64,000 bases of DNA from Sphingomonadales bacterium (GCA_038325045.1 JBBQIP010000001.1:4200-68199); one strand, 5' to 3'. Shown: positions 1 to 8,888, counted from the first letter of the stretch. The notes: generated by a model from the letters alone, not told the origin. Numbers and translations: made by a program.

Positions 1-1
1 G

Positions 2-193
2 TCCGCGCCAACCGTCGCGCCAACCATCTCGAACCGGCAACTGCTGGTACTCGCGTATCTGGCCATATTCCTGTTCGCAGGGCTGGTGGCTTCGATAGCG
101 GTCGAGTGGCTGTTCATCGCCTTGCTGTTTGTCGCCGTGCCGGCGTTTGCAGTCGCCGGCTTGGCTTTGATAGCTGCCGGCCGGCTCGAATGA
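2..193 (+). CDS. 3' end of a small hydrophobic membrane protein (partial, runs off the window start)
   Basis: Frame 2 is open from the window start to TGA at 191-193 and encodes two hydrophobic stretches (LLVLAYLAIFLFAGLVA; WLFIALLFVAVPAFAVAGLALIAA). Not in the ORF track. Confidence 0.5.
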   Translation, partial: SAPTVAPTISNRQLLVLAYLAIFLFAGLVASIAVEWLFIALLFVAVPAFAVAGLALIAAGRLE

Positions 194-293
194 AGGGGAT
201 CCATGGATATGGAGAGGCTGGCCGGCGCAGTGCGACACAGATCGATTGACCCTCAAATATACCACAACTGAATCAACCAGAAGGAGACAGACA

Positions 294-815
294 ATGGCGA
301 CATCGAAAACAAAGGCCCATGCACAGGACGACCCTGCCCGCTTCAGCCCTGATACCGGCCTGAAGACCGAGGGCTATCGCAAGGTCGCCAAGGCGCTGGG
401 CCCGGTGCTGGCCGACAGCTACCAGCTTTTCATCAAGACCCAGGGTGTCCACTGGAACATCTCGGGCGCCAACTTCTTCGGCCTGCACAAATTGACCGAG
501 GAGCAATATGAAGACCTGTATGCTGCGATCGATAAAATCGCCGAGCGGATCCGCACGCTCGGGGAACCTGCGCCCGCCACCTACCGCGCCTATGGCGAAA
601 TGGGCCAGATTCGGGATGAAGAGACCCGCACCGAGCCTGTCGACCAGGTCAAGATGCTGATCCGCGACAATGGTCTGGTGTGCGAAACATTGCGTGACGC
701 CATCGAGACGGCCGAGGAGCAGGATGATGTCGTGACGGCGGATATGTTGACAGCCCGCCTCGCGCGCCATGAGCAGAATGGCTGGATGCTGCGAATGTCG
801 GTGGCTGAGAGCTGA
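294..815 (+). CDS. dps: Dps family DNA-protection/ferritin-like protein
   Basis: HWNISGANFFGLHKLTEEQY...D-IAERIRTLG Dps signature; AAGGAG RBS at 281-286 before ATG 294. Confidence 0.92.
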   Translation: MATSKTKAHAQDDPARFSPDTGLKTEGYRKVAKALGPVLADSYQLFIKTQGVHWNISGANFFGLHKLTEEQYEDLYAAIDKIAERIRTLGEPAPATYRAYGEMGQIRDEETRTEPVDQVKMLIRDNGLVCETLRDAIETAEEQDDVVTADMLTARLARHEQNGWMLRMSVAES

Positions 816-839
816 CACTCGGCTCCATGGAAAGAACAG

Positions 840-876
840 CAAGCCCGTCAGCCGAACTCGGCTGGCGGGCTTGTTT
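840..876 (+). terminator. Intrinsic terminator after dps
   Basis: CAAGCCCGTCAGCCG-AACT-CGGCTGGCGGGCTTG hairpin followed by TTT. Confidence 0.7.
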
Positions 877-904
877 CATGGCCAACGGCGCTGCAGCGCC
901 TGGC

Positions 905-942
905 AAAAAAACGGGCCGCCATCTTTTCAAGACGGCGGCCCG
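905..942 (-). terminator. Intrinsic terminator for the 966-1238 gene
   Basis: CGGGCCGCC...GGCGGCCCG stem with an A7 run at 905-911 (U-tract on the minus strand). Confidence 0.75.
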
Positions 943-965
943 AAACATCGCGACTTGCTGCGCGA

Positions 966-1238
966 TTAATCTTTGGCTGGCGTGATCTCGACCGTCGGCA
1001 CCGTAACTTCTTCCTGGCGGGTGCCAACGTCGATGTCGGCGGTGTTGACGCTCACCTCGGGCACGCTGCCGCCGCTCACCGAAACTTCAGGCGCCGTCAA
1101 AGCGCCTTCCGTTTCCACATTGAAGAAGCCGGCGGCCCAGGCCAGCGCGACGATCGCCAGCATGGCCAGAATGATCAGGACAATGCGCGAATTGTTCGAC
1201 CTGCGTTCAGTGGGGTGGCGAGTATCATCGATTGCCAT
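966..1238 (-). CDS. Small single-pass membrane protein of unknown function
   Basis: N-terminal TM (IVLIILAMLAIVALAWAAGFF), acidic Val/Pro-rich C-terminus, GGGAG RBS, EcfG-like promoter and terminator. Confidence 0.8.
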   Translation of the reverse strand: MAIDDTRHPTERRSNNSRIVLIILAMLAIVALAWAAGFFNVETEGALTAPEVSVSGGSVPEVSVNTADIDVGTRQEEVTVPTVEITPAKD

Positions 1239-1269
1239 GGAGTTGCTCCCTTTCTGGTTGAACAGATAA

Positions 1270-1294
1270 AACCGCGTAAAGTGCCGATTGTTTC
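1270..1294 (-). promoter_or_regulatory. sigma-EcfG-type promoter (GAAAC-N16-GGTT)
   Basis: Minus strand GAAAC aatcggcactttacgc GGTT, upstream of 966-1238. Confidence 0.6.
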
Positions 1295-1482
1295 ATGGCC
1301 TGGCGGAGACGGGGGTTGCCGCGCGACCATTCCGCCCTGCGCCGGTAAAGGGGCGAGATTGGCATCGATTCCTGGGAAAATGGCACCGCCGCATTGCGAG
1401 GGGCGCAATGCGGCGGTGCGGTTGCGGGGCTTGTCCTGCCGTGGGGGGCGGCGGGTCAAGGACAGCCCCGACACTTTGGGCG

Positions 1483-1917
1483 TCAGGCGGGGGGAATCGT
1501 CTGCGCCAAAAGGGTCTGCACTTCGTTGCGCATGGCCCGCAGCTCGGCCCGGTCATTGGCGTCAACGCTTGCATCGGCCGCTCTCGCATAGGCCTCACAC
1601 ACAGCGTCTTCGCCGTCGCGCACGCTTTCCATCACATCGGCATCGATATCGTCGAAGAGCGAGCGCGCCGATACCACCACCTTGTTGATGGTTCCCTGGA
1701 ACGAACCGTCGGCATCCGGCGTCTGCCCGTGGCGCCTAAGGATCGCAGCCAATCGATTGTCATGATCGGCATGAAGCGCGGAGAATCGCTGAACGACCGG
1801 CCGAAACTCGGGCTCGGCCTTTTCGACCATCTTCTCGAACCCGGTTCTGGCGTCCTGGCTGGCGGTCAGCGCATCAGCCAATGCCGCAAGGGCATCCGTA
1901 TCATTTTCTGTTGCCAT
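1483..1917 (-). CDS. PA2169/DUF2383 family four-helix-bundle (ferritin-like) protein
   Basis: DARTGFEKMVEKAE...LAAILRRHG...DGSFQGTINK...DGEDAV pattern typical of DUF2383. Confidence 0.8.
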   Translation of the reverse strand: MATENDTDALAALADALTASQDARTGFEKMVEKAEPEFRPVVQRFSALHADHDNRLAAILRRHGQTPDADGSFQGTINKVVVSARSLFDDIDADVMESVRDGEDAVCEAYARAADASVDANDRAELRAMRNEVQTLLAQTIPPA

Positions 1918-1956
1918 CGCGCTGACTCCCGTGCGGCGTTCAATCGTGTCAGCATG

Positions 1957-1981
1957 AACATGAACGAGGGTCGAAAGTTCC
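1957..1981 (-). promoter_or_regulatory. sigma-EcfG-type promoter (GGAAC-N16-TGTT)
   Basis: Minus strand GGAAC tttcgaccctcgttca TGTT, upstream of the DUF2383 gene. Confidence 0.75.
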
Positions 1982-1993
1982 CGCGGTTTCGAA

Positions 1994-2725
1994 TTAATCT
2001 TCCGGTCTGCTGCCGATCACTTCCGCGAAATGCCGGGCGACGACATCGTCGCATCCGCAAGACGCCTGCTTCAGCGCCTCCGGTTTCAAAATCACGATCA
2101 GGCCGCGACTGGATTTTACCAGTCCCTCGCTCACCAGGCCGGCTATCACCCGCGCGGCATAGCTCCGCCCCACCCCCAGAACATCCGCCAGCCGCTGCTG
2201 GGTGATCGGGAAGCTGCACTCGCCGGTTCTTTCCCGCGCTTGCACCAGCCACCGCGCGGTCCGTTGGGCAACGCTATGAGCGGCCGCGCAGGCTGTGGCC
2301 TGAAAGGTCTGCGCCAGCAGGCAATCGGCATATCGCGAAAACAACGCGTCTATCTCGGGAAATTCATGTTTCAGCGCTTCGAGCCGCTCCAGCGGCAGGG
2401 CGGCGATCGAGCCCGGATATTGCACCATCGTGCGGCTGAAGGCTGGCAGAAAGCCGCCGCTGACAATCCCCCCCACGGCGCCCTCGCGGCCCACCAGCGT
2501 GGTCTCGACACTGGCACCGTCATCAAGCTCGACCAGGAAAGATATCAAGGTCGTGCCTTCAGGCAGATAGGCGTGGGTCACGTTGGAGCCGGCATCATAG
2601 AGGATATCGCCTGCACGCACGTTGAGCGTGTCGCACGCCATTGCCAGCCGCAGCCGCGCCTCCCTGGGCAAAGACAGGACCAGCCGGTTTGCCGACATGG
2701 CATCCAGCGCCTCTGGCGAAGACAT
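1994..2725 (-). CDS. Crp/Fnr family transcriptional regulator
   Basis: cNMP-binding-like domain (GDILYDAGSNVTHAYLP...VGREGAVG) plus C-terminal HTH (ITQQRLADVLGVGRSYAARV). Start placed at ATG 2725. Confidence 0.88.
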   Translation of the reverse strand: MSSPEALDAMSANRLVLSLPREARLRLAMACDTLNVRAGDILYDAGSNVTHAYLPEGTTLISFLVELDDGASVETTLVGREGAVGGIVSGGFLPAFSRTMVQYPGSIAALPLERLEALKHEFPEIDALFSRYADCLLAQTFQATACAAAHSVAQRTARWLVQARERTGECSFPITQQRLADVLGVGRSYAARVIAGLVSEGLVKSSRGLIVILKPEALKQASCGCDDVVARHFAEVIGSRPED

Positions 2726-2798
2726 AAGTATTATCCCCCGCTTGCGATGTTTTCCGGCTCTGTATCCAAGTGAACATACACCAATTGCAAAATATTGT

Positions 2799-2823
2799 AA
2801 CAACGCACGAGTCGGAATGTTTC
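2799..2823 (-). promoter_or_regulatory. sigma-EcfG-type promoter (GAAAC-N16-TGTT)
   Basis: Minus strand GAAAC attccgactcgtgcgt TGTT, upstream of the Crp gene. Confidence 0.55.
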
Positions 2824-2848
2824 ACACAGGCGCGCGGGAGAGTGGCAT

Positions 2849-4246
2849 TTGATAATAGGACCGCCTGTACTGGCCAATGGCGATGCGCAGCTCGCCGGCG
2901 ATGCGCTTGGGCCTCATCATTCGTTCCTGTGGGAGCGGCGCGAGGGCAAGACGCAGCTGGCAAACCAGTTGGCCGCCTTGATAGGCGTTGAACCCGACGC
3001 GCCCTTGTCGGTGTCCGATTTTGCCAGCTTGATCCATCCGGATGATCTGCACCAGGTGACCGAGGGCTTTTGCCGAAGCATGCGCAGCGGCGCCGCGTTC
3101 GATGTCGTTCTGCGGCTGCGGCGTGACCCGGCCGAGATGCCCCTGTGGCTCAACGTGCGCGGCGATTTTCTGCGGGATGGCGACGGCGCGCATCAGGCTG
3201 TCAAAGGCATGGTCACCGACATTTCGCAGTGGCGCCTGCAGGATTCGCCCATTATAGGGCTCGACATGCAACCGGACACCCGGATCTGCGAGCAGGACCT
3301 GCTCAATTGTCTGCCGCAGATGGTGTGGTCGGCACGGGCTGATGGCGTTACCGATTTTTACAGCCAGCGCTGGTATGATTTTACCGGCGTGCCAGTCGGC
3401 AGCACCGATGGGGACCGCTGGAGCGATGTGCTCCACCCCGATGATGCCGACCTTGCCGCCGCGCAATGGGCTTTGTGCGTGCAGCAGGGGCAAGATTATG
3501 AAATCGAATATCGCATACGCAAACATACCGGTGAATATGCCTGGGTGCTGGCACGCGCCGTACTGGCGCGCGACACTGCCGAGCGGCCGCTGCGCTGGTA
3601 TGGCACCTGCACCGATATCGATGACCGCAAGACCGCGGAAAGCCGGCGCGATCTGATCGCGGATGAACTGGCGCACCGGATCAAGAACGTCTTCACCGTC
3701 GTCAACAGCCTGATCGCTCTTTCTACCGATCGCGACACCCAGACCATTGTTTCCGCCGCACTCACCGGACGGGTGGCGGCGCTGGCCGGTGCCTATCGCC
3801 ACGTGATGCCTGCCGAAACCGCGGCTGGCGCCGGGTCGGCCGGCACGGTGCAGGGGCTGATGCATGATCTGCTCCTCCCCTATAACCAGAACGACGAGAC
3901 AAGGGTGGTTATCGAGGGCGATGATTTTCCCGTTGCGAGGGGTACCGCAACCGCCCTTGCGCTGCTGTTCCACGAGCTTGCCACCAACGGCGTAAAATAT
4001 GGCAGCCTCGGCGTTTCGGGAGGTCGCGTGACAATCGAGATCAGGATCGATGGCGACCAGATCGACATGATATGGCGGGAGAGCGGCGGCCAGGGTGTTA
4101 CCGACCCCGGCACCGAGTGCGGGTTCGGCACCAATCTCGTGGACCGGGTGGCGCGCATGCTTCTCAATGCCACCATCGAACGCACATGGCACCCGGACGG
4201 GCTGGCCGTCCGCGTGTCCATGCCCATCAAGCGTTTGCAAGGCTAG
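2849..4246 (+). CDS. Cytoplasmic PAS-PAS HWE-family sensor histidine kinase
   Basis: Two PAS_3-like domains (IHPDD; WYDFTG...LHPDD...EIEYRI), H-box ELAHRIKN, LFHELATNGVKYGSL, WRESGG, GFGT. Start codon uncertain. Confidence 0.88.
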   Translation: MIIGPPVLANGDAQLAGDALGPHHSFLWERREGKTQLANQLAALIGVEPDAPLSVSDFASLIHPDDLHQVTEGFCRSMRSGAAFDVVLRLRRDPAEMPLWLNVRGDFLRDGDGAHQAVKGMVTDISQWRLQDSPIIGLDMQPDTRICEQDLLNCLPQMVWSARADGVTDFYSQRWYDFTGVPVGSTDGDRWSDVLHPDDADLAAAQWALCVQQGQDYEIEYRIRKHTGEYAWVLARAVLARDTAERPLRWYGTCTDIDDRKTAESRRDLIADELAHRIKNVFTVVNSLIALSTDRDTQTIVSAALTGRVAALAGAYRHVMPAETAAGAGSAGTVQGLMHDLLLPYNQNDETRVVIEGDDFPVARGTATALALLFHELATNGVKYGSLGVSGGRVTIEIRIDGDQIDMIWRESGGQGVTDPGTECGFGTNLVDRVARMLLNATIERTWHPDGLAVRVSMPIKRLQG

Positions 4247-4312
4247 GGTCGGGACCCTTTACCTGACCCCGCTGCAGGTTTCGGTTGTGGCAACATTTGC
4301 CCACCGGAATGA

Positions 4313-4813
4313 TCAACCATCCTCGTCGGTTTCGATGTGAAGTGTGGCCATGCGGCTCAGCATCCGGTCCGCTCCATAAATATCATCGAGCACTGCTTCG
4401 AGCTTGCTGACATGGTCCTGGTAGCCAAGGCTGCGCGCCATCGCAGCAGCTGTGCCAAAGCCTGAAATGCCGTAATGCGCCATGCGCTGATATTGGGCGA
4501 TGATGGCATGGTCTCCAAGGCTCTCATTGCCGAAATCGGCATCGAGCGCGTGCTTGCGAGCCTCTTTCACAAGACCTTCCATGCCCTTGCAATGCTCCTG
4601 TGCGACCTCGGCATCGATGTTCGCCAGCAACTTGCTTACCATCTCGCTATGTTCGGCAATTTCATCTGCATTGTCTTCCAGCGTATCGCCAAGATCCCCG
4701 TCATCGGCGGCGGTCGCCATGTCGAGTACTATTTTCTCCATCTGATCGTTGGCGGACCACAGATCCTGCAGCTCCTCGATGTACAGGTCCTTCAGCGTTT
4801 CAATAACACTCAT
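4313..4813 (-). CDS. DUF892/YciF ferritin-like stress protein
   Basis: TLKDLYIEELQDLWSAN...CKGMEGLVKEA...AQYQRMAHYGISGFGT. Confidence 0.88.
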   Translation of the reverse strand: MSVIETLKDLYIEELQDLWSANDQMEKIVLDMATAADDGDLGDTLEDNADEIAEHSEMVSKLLANIDAEVAQEHCKGMEGLVKEARKHALDADFGNESLGDHAIIAQYQRMAHYGISGFGTAAAMARSLGYQDHVSKLEAVLDDIYGADRMLSRMATLHIETDEDG

Positions 4814-4856
4814 CGCAGCTTCCTTTGGTGGGGCAACATTGCCCGGTTACCGAAGC

Positions 4857-4881
4857 AACGGGCAGCGCGGGGCATTGTTTC
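4857..4881 (-). promoter_or_regulatory. sigma-EcfG-type promoter (GAAAC-N16-CGTT)
   Basis: Minus strand (G)GAAAC aatgccccgcgctgcc CGTT, upstream of the DUF892 gene. Confidence 0.7.
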
Positions 4882-4987
4882 CCTTCAAAACCCGTGGCCA
4901 TGCTGTTGTATTGACAAAGCAAAGCAGCCCAAACGGCAGGCGTCCGGGCTGCTTGGCCCCGGTGATATATGGGGTCGATATGGGGGG

Positions 4988-5152
4988 TCAGGCGCGCTTC
5001 ATGAATGCGACGAAAACACTGGCAAGAAACACCAGAACAAACACCGCGAACAGAATCTTGGCGATGCCAACCGATGCGCCGGCGATGCCACCAAAGCCAA
5101 GAACGCCGGCAACGATTGCGAGAATCAGAAAACCCAATGCCCAGTTCAACAT
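4988..5152 (-). CDS. DUF1328 (UPF0391/YtjA-like) small membrane protein, 54 aa
   Basis: Hand translation [54 protein letters not shown]; AGGAGG RBS. Below the ORF-track size cut-off. Confidence 0.9.
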   Translation of the reverse strand: MLNWALGFLILAIVAGVLGFGGIAGASVGIAKILFAVFVLVFLASVFVAFMKRA

Positions 5153-5199
5153 GATAACCTCCTGAAAAATGCAGCCCGAAAGGCCGATACAATCAGGGA

Positions 5200-5224
5200 A
5201 ACCGGTTACCGTGAGGTTTGTTCC
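5200..5224 (-). promoter_or_regulatory. sigma-EcfG-type promoter (GGAAC-N16-GGTT)
   Basis: Minus strand GGAAC aaacctcacggtaacc GGTT; overlaps the last codons of the upstream kinase gene. Confidence 0.75.
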
Positions 5225-6858
5225 CTTTGCAGCCTTAATGGGGGTTGCGGCCTGTCGGGCAGGGCTGGATGAAAGGCACGCAGGGGCTCAAAGTTGATGC
5301 GCAACGAGGGCGGTTCGGACCCTGTGATAATCGATCCGCCGAGCTGGCGGCCAAACCCCGCCACCAGGCCGTTTTCGGCCACGCTCTCAGGGCTTGCCCC
5401 ACCCTCCCAGCTGATTATCAGCTCCAGCCTTTTGTCGATACCGCGCGCTGCAATCACAACAGCTTGCCCATCGACAAGCCTGTCGGTCAGTTCGACCAGC
5501 AGCAGTGTCGTGGTCGTTGCGGTATCGATGTCCATCCGCGCCAGCGAGGCCCCCTTGTCAATCGCCACATCGATCGGCCTTTGCCAGGCAGTGCCATGAT
5601 GGCTCGAAATCAGCCGGCCGAGTTCGGTGATGAGTACTGGCGCTTCGATATCCATGATCTCGCCCTTGTCATAAAGCAGCCGATGGACCAGCGACAACGC
5701 CGCAACCCGCAATTGCGCATTGGCCAGGGGGCGCTGCTCATTGCCGTCGCCGGCGCGCAACGCCAGATAGCTGCTGACAATCTGCAGATTGTTTTTCACC
5801 CGGTGGTGCAACTCCAGCGACATCAGCCGTTGCTGCGCCAGTGCATCGCGAAGCCCGGCGCCGTGCTGTGCCATGGCGCGCGCCATCTTCTGCATCGAAG
5901 AAGCGAGGCTGCGAATTTCATCGGGCGCATCGGCAAATTTGCGGATATTCAACCGGTGCTGCCCGCCGCCGATACGCACCGCTGCATCGCGCAGCCGGTC
6001 GATCCAGCGCAGCAGCATCCAGTTGGTGGCAATCCATAGCGCGAGCGACGAGATCAGAATTGCCAGCAACGGCACGACAAACAGCGAAATCAGCACACCC
6101 GGCCTAGGCCCGAACAAGCCGTAATCACGCTGCACAGCCACAACCCGCAGCGCAGGCATGTTCAAGCCGGGTATCTGCAGCGGCTGCTGGGTGATTGACC
6201 ATTGCCGGCTGTCGCCAGCGCGGCCGGTGACCACCCCCGTTTCTGCCAACGCCGGAAACCGCTGCCAGGGCAGACTGCGGCTCTGCGCCAGAATCGAGCC
6301 GTCCTGTGTCGCGATTACGATCGTCTCATCCCGGCTGGCATGGCGCCGAGCCAGCGCCGCCCGATAGGCCGCAAGGTCGAATCGCGCGACAATTCTGCCG
6401 GATTGACCAGCGTGCCGCCAAGGCGCGGAAAGGGTGATAGCATTCACGCCGAATGGCACAGAGCTTCCGCAAAGCAGCTCGCCGGTATCGGCCTCGCTTC
6501 TGATCGAGGCGAGGTTCGCAAACATGGCTTCGGTTACATTGAACAGGTCGCGACACGTCGTCGACGAACCCGTTGCAACGGCTTCATCGGCAGCCAGAAG
6601 TTTCAAGCCGTCATGAAGCTGGTCAAAGCCAATCGTTTCGATCGTCGCCGCTTGCAGCGCCGTCCTGGCAAGAGCGGCCGCCAGCTGCTTGCGTTCAGCG
6701 GCCAGCCGCACCCCGCCCTGGATGAAGGCGAACAGCATGAGCGGCGCCAAGGTAAATACCAGCACGACAACCAGAGTGCGCCTGATCGAGCTGCGACGCG
6801 CAATTCGGTCCAGAAAGCCGGCGATGAGCAGCGGTGGCGGGCCGGCCAGTCTTTTCAT
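5206..6858 (-). CDS. Membrane-bound HisKA_2-type kinase-like protein with degenerate ATP-binding domain (PhyT/PhyP-like)
   Basis: Two TM segments, periplasmic domain, HAMP-like linker, H-box [13 protein letters not shown] and [15 protein letters not shown]1 and G2 boxes are not recognisable. ATGA overlap with ecfG. Confidence 0.8.
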   Translation of the reverse strand: MKRLAGPPPLLIAGFLDRIARRSSIRRTLVVVLVFTLAPLMLFAFIQGGVRLAAERKQLAAALARTALQAATIETIGFDQLHDGLKLLAADEAVATGSSTTCRDLFNVTEAMFANLASIRSEADTGELLCGSSVPFGVNAITLSAPWRHAGQSGRIVARFDLAAYRAALARRHASRDETIVIATQDGSILAQSRSLPWQRFPALAETGVVTGRAGDSRQWSITQQPLQIPGLNMPALRVVAVQRDYGLFGPRPGVLISLFVVPLLAILISSLALWIATNWMLLRWIDRLRDAAVRIGGGQHRLNIRKFADAPDEIRSLASSMQKMARAMAQHGAGLRDALAQQRLMSLELHHRVKNNLQIVSSYLALRAGDGNEQRPLANAQLRVAALSLVHRLLYDKGEIMDIEAPVLITELGRLISSHHGTAWQRPIDVAIDKGASLARMDIDTATTTTLLLVELTDRLVDGQAVVIAARGIDKRLELIISWEGGASPESVAENGLVAGFGRQLGGSIITGSEPPSLRINFEPLRAFHPALPDRPQPPLRLQREQTSR

Positions 6859-7406
6859 GAATCCGCGTTTGCATCAACGGGCGGGCGCGCCATCGCCACC
6901 TCTTCGGGGCCGTCCATGAAGCGCCGCAGCGCCGTCCTGCCGCGGGTTATGCGGCTTTTGACCGTGCCCAACGGTACATCGGTGACCCTCGCAATCTCCT
7001 CCCATGCCATCCCCGATTCCACCAGCAGCAGCGCCTCCCGCTGCTCGGCCGACAGGCTCGCCAATCCGCGCGAGAGATCGGCAAGCAACAGCCCGCCGCC
7101 CTGGTTTGGCGGTGTGGTCAAGATTTGCTCTGCCACCTGCGGATCCAGGCTCGTAACCCGCTTCGAGAGCTTGATCGTGGTGTAGAAATGGTTACGCAGG
7201 ATGCGGAACATCCAGGCCTTGAAATTGGTGCCCTGTGTGTAGGAAGCGCGCGCCGCCCAGGCTTTTACCAGTGTTTCCTGCGCCAGATCATCCGCAAGGT
7301 CCCGGTTACCTGAAAGGCCACGCGCAAAGGCGCGCAAACTCGGGATGATGCCGACGATATCGGCACGAAACGCCGCATCGGCCGATCGATCGGTCTGGCC
7401 GGCCAT
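6855..7406 (-). CDS. ecfG: ECF15 sigma factor sigma-EcfG (RpoE2/SigT type)
   Basis: IPSLRAFARGLSG...ADDLAQETLVKAW...GTNFKAWMFRILRN and GTVKSRITRGR; located directly after nepR and divergent from phyR. Confidence 0.92.
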   Translation of the reverse strand: MAGQTDRSADAAFRADIVGIIPSLRAFARGLSGNRDLADDLAQETLVKAWAARASYTQGTNFKAWMFRILRNHFYTTIKLSKRVTSLDPQVAEQILTTPPNQGGGLLLADLSRGLASLSAEQREALLLVESGMAWEEIARVTDVPLGTVKSRITRGRTALRRFMDGPEEVAMARPPVDANADS

Positions 7407-7612
7407 CAGGGCTTCCGGACCGGAGCAGCCTGTTCGTCCGGAGTTTCGCCATCACCGTTTTGACGCTGTTCGTCGATTGCATCGAGCAGATTGAGAAACT
7501 CATCTGGCACCGCCTCATTCTCAAGCTCTACCCAGAGCTGACGCAGGCCGGCGCCAATTGAATCGCTGAGGATCCTGGCACGCCGGCGCCTGCCTGGTGG
7601 CTCTTGCTCCAC
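7406..7612 (-). CDS. nepR: NepR anti-sigma factor
   Basis: IGAGLRQLWVELENEAVPDEFLNLLDAID matches the NepR core; GTG 7612 follows GAGGGAG RBS; stop overlaps the ecfG start. Confidence 0.85.
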   Translation of the reverse strand: MEQEPPGRRRRARILSDSIGAGLRQLWVELENEAVPDEFLNLLDAIDEQRQNGDGETPDEQAAPVRKP

Positions 7613-7647
7613 GTGTTTCGCTCCCTCGTCCGACACAACTTTTTAAT

Positions 7648-7672
7648 AACACGCATCGCCAAAAAATGTTCC
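7648..7672 (-). promoter_or_regulatory. sigma-EcfG promoter of the nepR-ecfG-kinase operon (GGAAC-N16-TGTT)
   Basis: Minus strand GGAAC attttttggcgatgcg TGTT. Confidence 0.85.
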
Positions 7673-7680
7673 GCGCCCAA

Positions 7681-7705
7681 GGAACTTTTTTGCAGATGCG
7701 ACGTT
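7681..7705 (+). promoter_or_regulatory. sigma-EcfG promoter of phyR (GGAAC-N16-CGTT)
   Basis: GGAAC ttttttgcagatgcga CGTT, a perfect consensus match, back-to-back with the nepR promoter. Confidence 0.9.
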
Positions 7706-7744
7706 CTGCACTTACGACCTATGCGTGCGGGGAGAGATACACCG

Positions 7745-8590
7745 ATGACACAGGCTAGCGAAACCACCCCTGTTGCAGCCCCTGTTGCAGCGCTTGACGC
7801 CGCCCATCGGCAGCTATCATTGCGCGAACTTCTCGGCCCGCAATTGCCGTTCCTGCGGCGCTACGCCCGCGCCCTTGCCGGCGACCAGCAGCAGGGAGAC
7901 AGTTTTGTCCGGGCAGCACTTGAGGCCGTGCTGGCCGACCCCGACCGCGCCACGATTGACGCCAATTCGCCCAAATTGTCGCTGTTCCGCATGTTCCACA
8001 CTTTCTGGGGGCCACAGAACGGCTTGTCGCCGGCCAGCGAGAGCGCGGTTTCGGTGCTCGAGGCGCTGCCATTGTCGGGTAGGGAAGCGCTGCTGCTGAC
8101 CGCAATGGAAGAATTCTCGGTGGCAGAAGCGGCAATCATTCTCGGACTTCCGGCCAGCGCCATTGCAAGCGAGCTGGATGCCGCCCGCTTGCAGGTTGGC
8201 GAGGCGATGCGCGCACGCGTGCTCATCATCGAGGATGAGCCGATCATCGCCATGCACATCGAGCAGATCATGCTCGACATGGGCCATGATGTGGTGGGTA
8301 TCGCGATGACGCGGGACGATGCTGTGTTGCTGGCGCGGGAGGAGCGCCCCGACATCGTTCTGGCCGATATCCAGCTTGCCGACGGCTCGTCTGGAATCGA
8401 TGCGGTTGAAACCATCCTCGCCGATTTCACCGTGCCGATCGTGTTCATCACCGCCTATCCCGAACGGTTGTTGACCGGTCAACGACGGGAACCCGCCTAT
8501 CTCGTCACCAAACCTTTCAACCCCGACACCGTTGTCGCCACCATCGGGCAGGCGTTGCTCCTCCACAGCAAAAGGCATGCAGCTGCTTGA
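7745..8590 (+). CDS. phyR: PhyR anti-anti-sigma response regulator
   Basis: N-terminal sigma-like domain (LPFLRRYARALAG) fused to a receiver (VLIIEDEPIIA...LADIQLADGSSGIDAV...FITAYPERLLTG...TKPF). GGAGAG RBS before ATG 7745. Confidence 0.95.
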   Translation: MTQASETTPVAAPVAALDAAHRQLSLRELLGPQLPFLRRYARALAGDQQQGDSFVRAALEAVLADPDRATIDANSPKLSLFRMFHTFWGPQNGLSPASESAVSVLEALPLSGREALLLTAMEEFSVAEAAIILGLPASAIASELDAARLQVGEAMRARVLIIEDEPIIAMHIEQIMLDMGHDVVGIAMTRDDAVLLAREERPDIVLADIQLADGSSGIDAVETILADFTVPIVFITAYPERLLTGQRREPAYLVTKPFNPDTVVATIGQALLLHSKRHAAA

Positions 8591-8609
8591 TAGCATCGAC
8601 CTGTCTTAC

Positions 8610-8634
8610 GGAACATTTTGCGGGGCTAGCGGTT
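8610..8634 (+). promoter_or_regulatory. sigma-EcfG promoter (GGAAC-N16-GGTT)
   Basis: GGAAC attttgcggggctagc GGTT, upstream of the CsbD gene. Confidence 0.8.
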
Positions 8635-8687
8635 GAATCCATGAGGCGTCTGCGCCTCGCTCACCCCCATGCATGGAAGGAAAGACG

Positions 8688-8888
8688 ATGAACTGGGACC
8701 GTATTGAAGGAAATTGGCAGCAATTCACCGGGAAGGTGAAGGAAAGCTGGGGCAAGCTCACCGACGATGACCTGACCGAGATCGCCGGCCGCCGGGATGT
8801 GATGGTTGGCAAGGTGCAGGAGCGCTACGGCATTGCCAAGGACGAAGCCGAACGCGAAGTCGACAACTTCTCGAGCAAACTTTCCTGA
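8688..8888 (+). CDS. CsbD/YjbJ family general stress protein
   Basis: MNWDRIEGNWQQFTGKVKESWGKLTDDDL...GKVQERYGIAKDEAE. Confidence 0.93.
   Translation: MNWDRIEGNWQQFTGKVKESWGKLTDDDLTEIAGRRDVMVGKVQERYGIAKDEAEREVDNFSSKLS

Noticed and set aside
231-256. TGCGA-N6-TCGAT and TTGA-N3-TCAA upstream of dps as Crp/Fnr sites
   Set aside because: Poor right half-site in the first and wrong spacing for an FNR box in the second.
2849-4246. Possible LOV photoreceptor kinase
   Set aside because: No GxNCRFLQ motif in either PAS domain.
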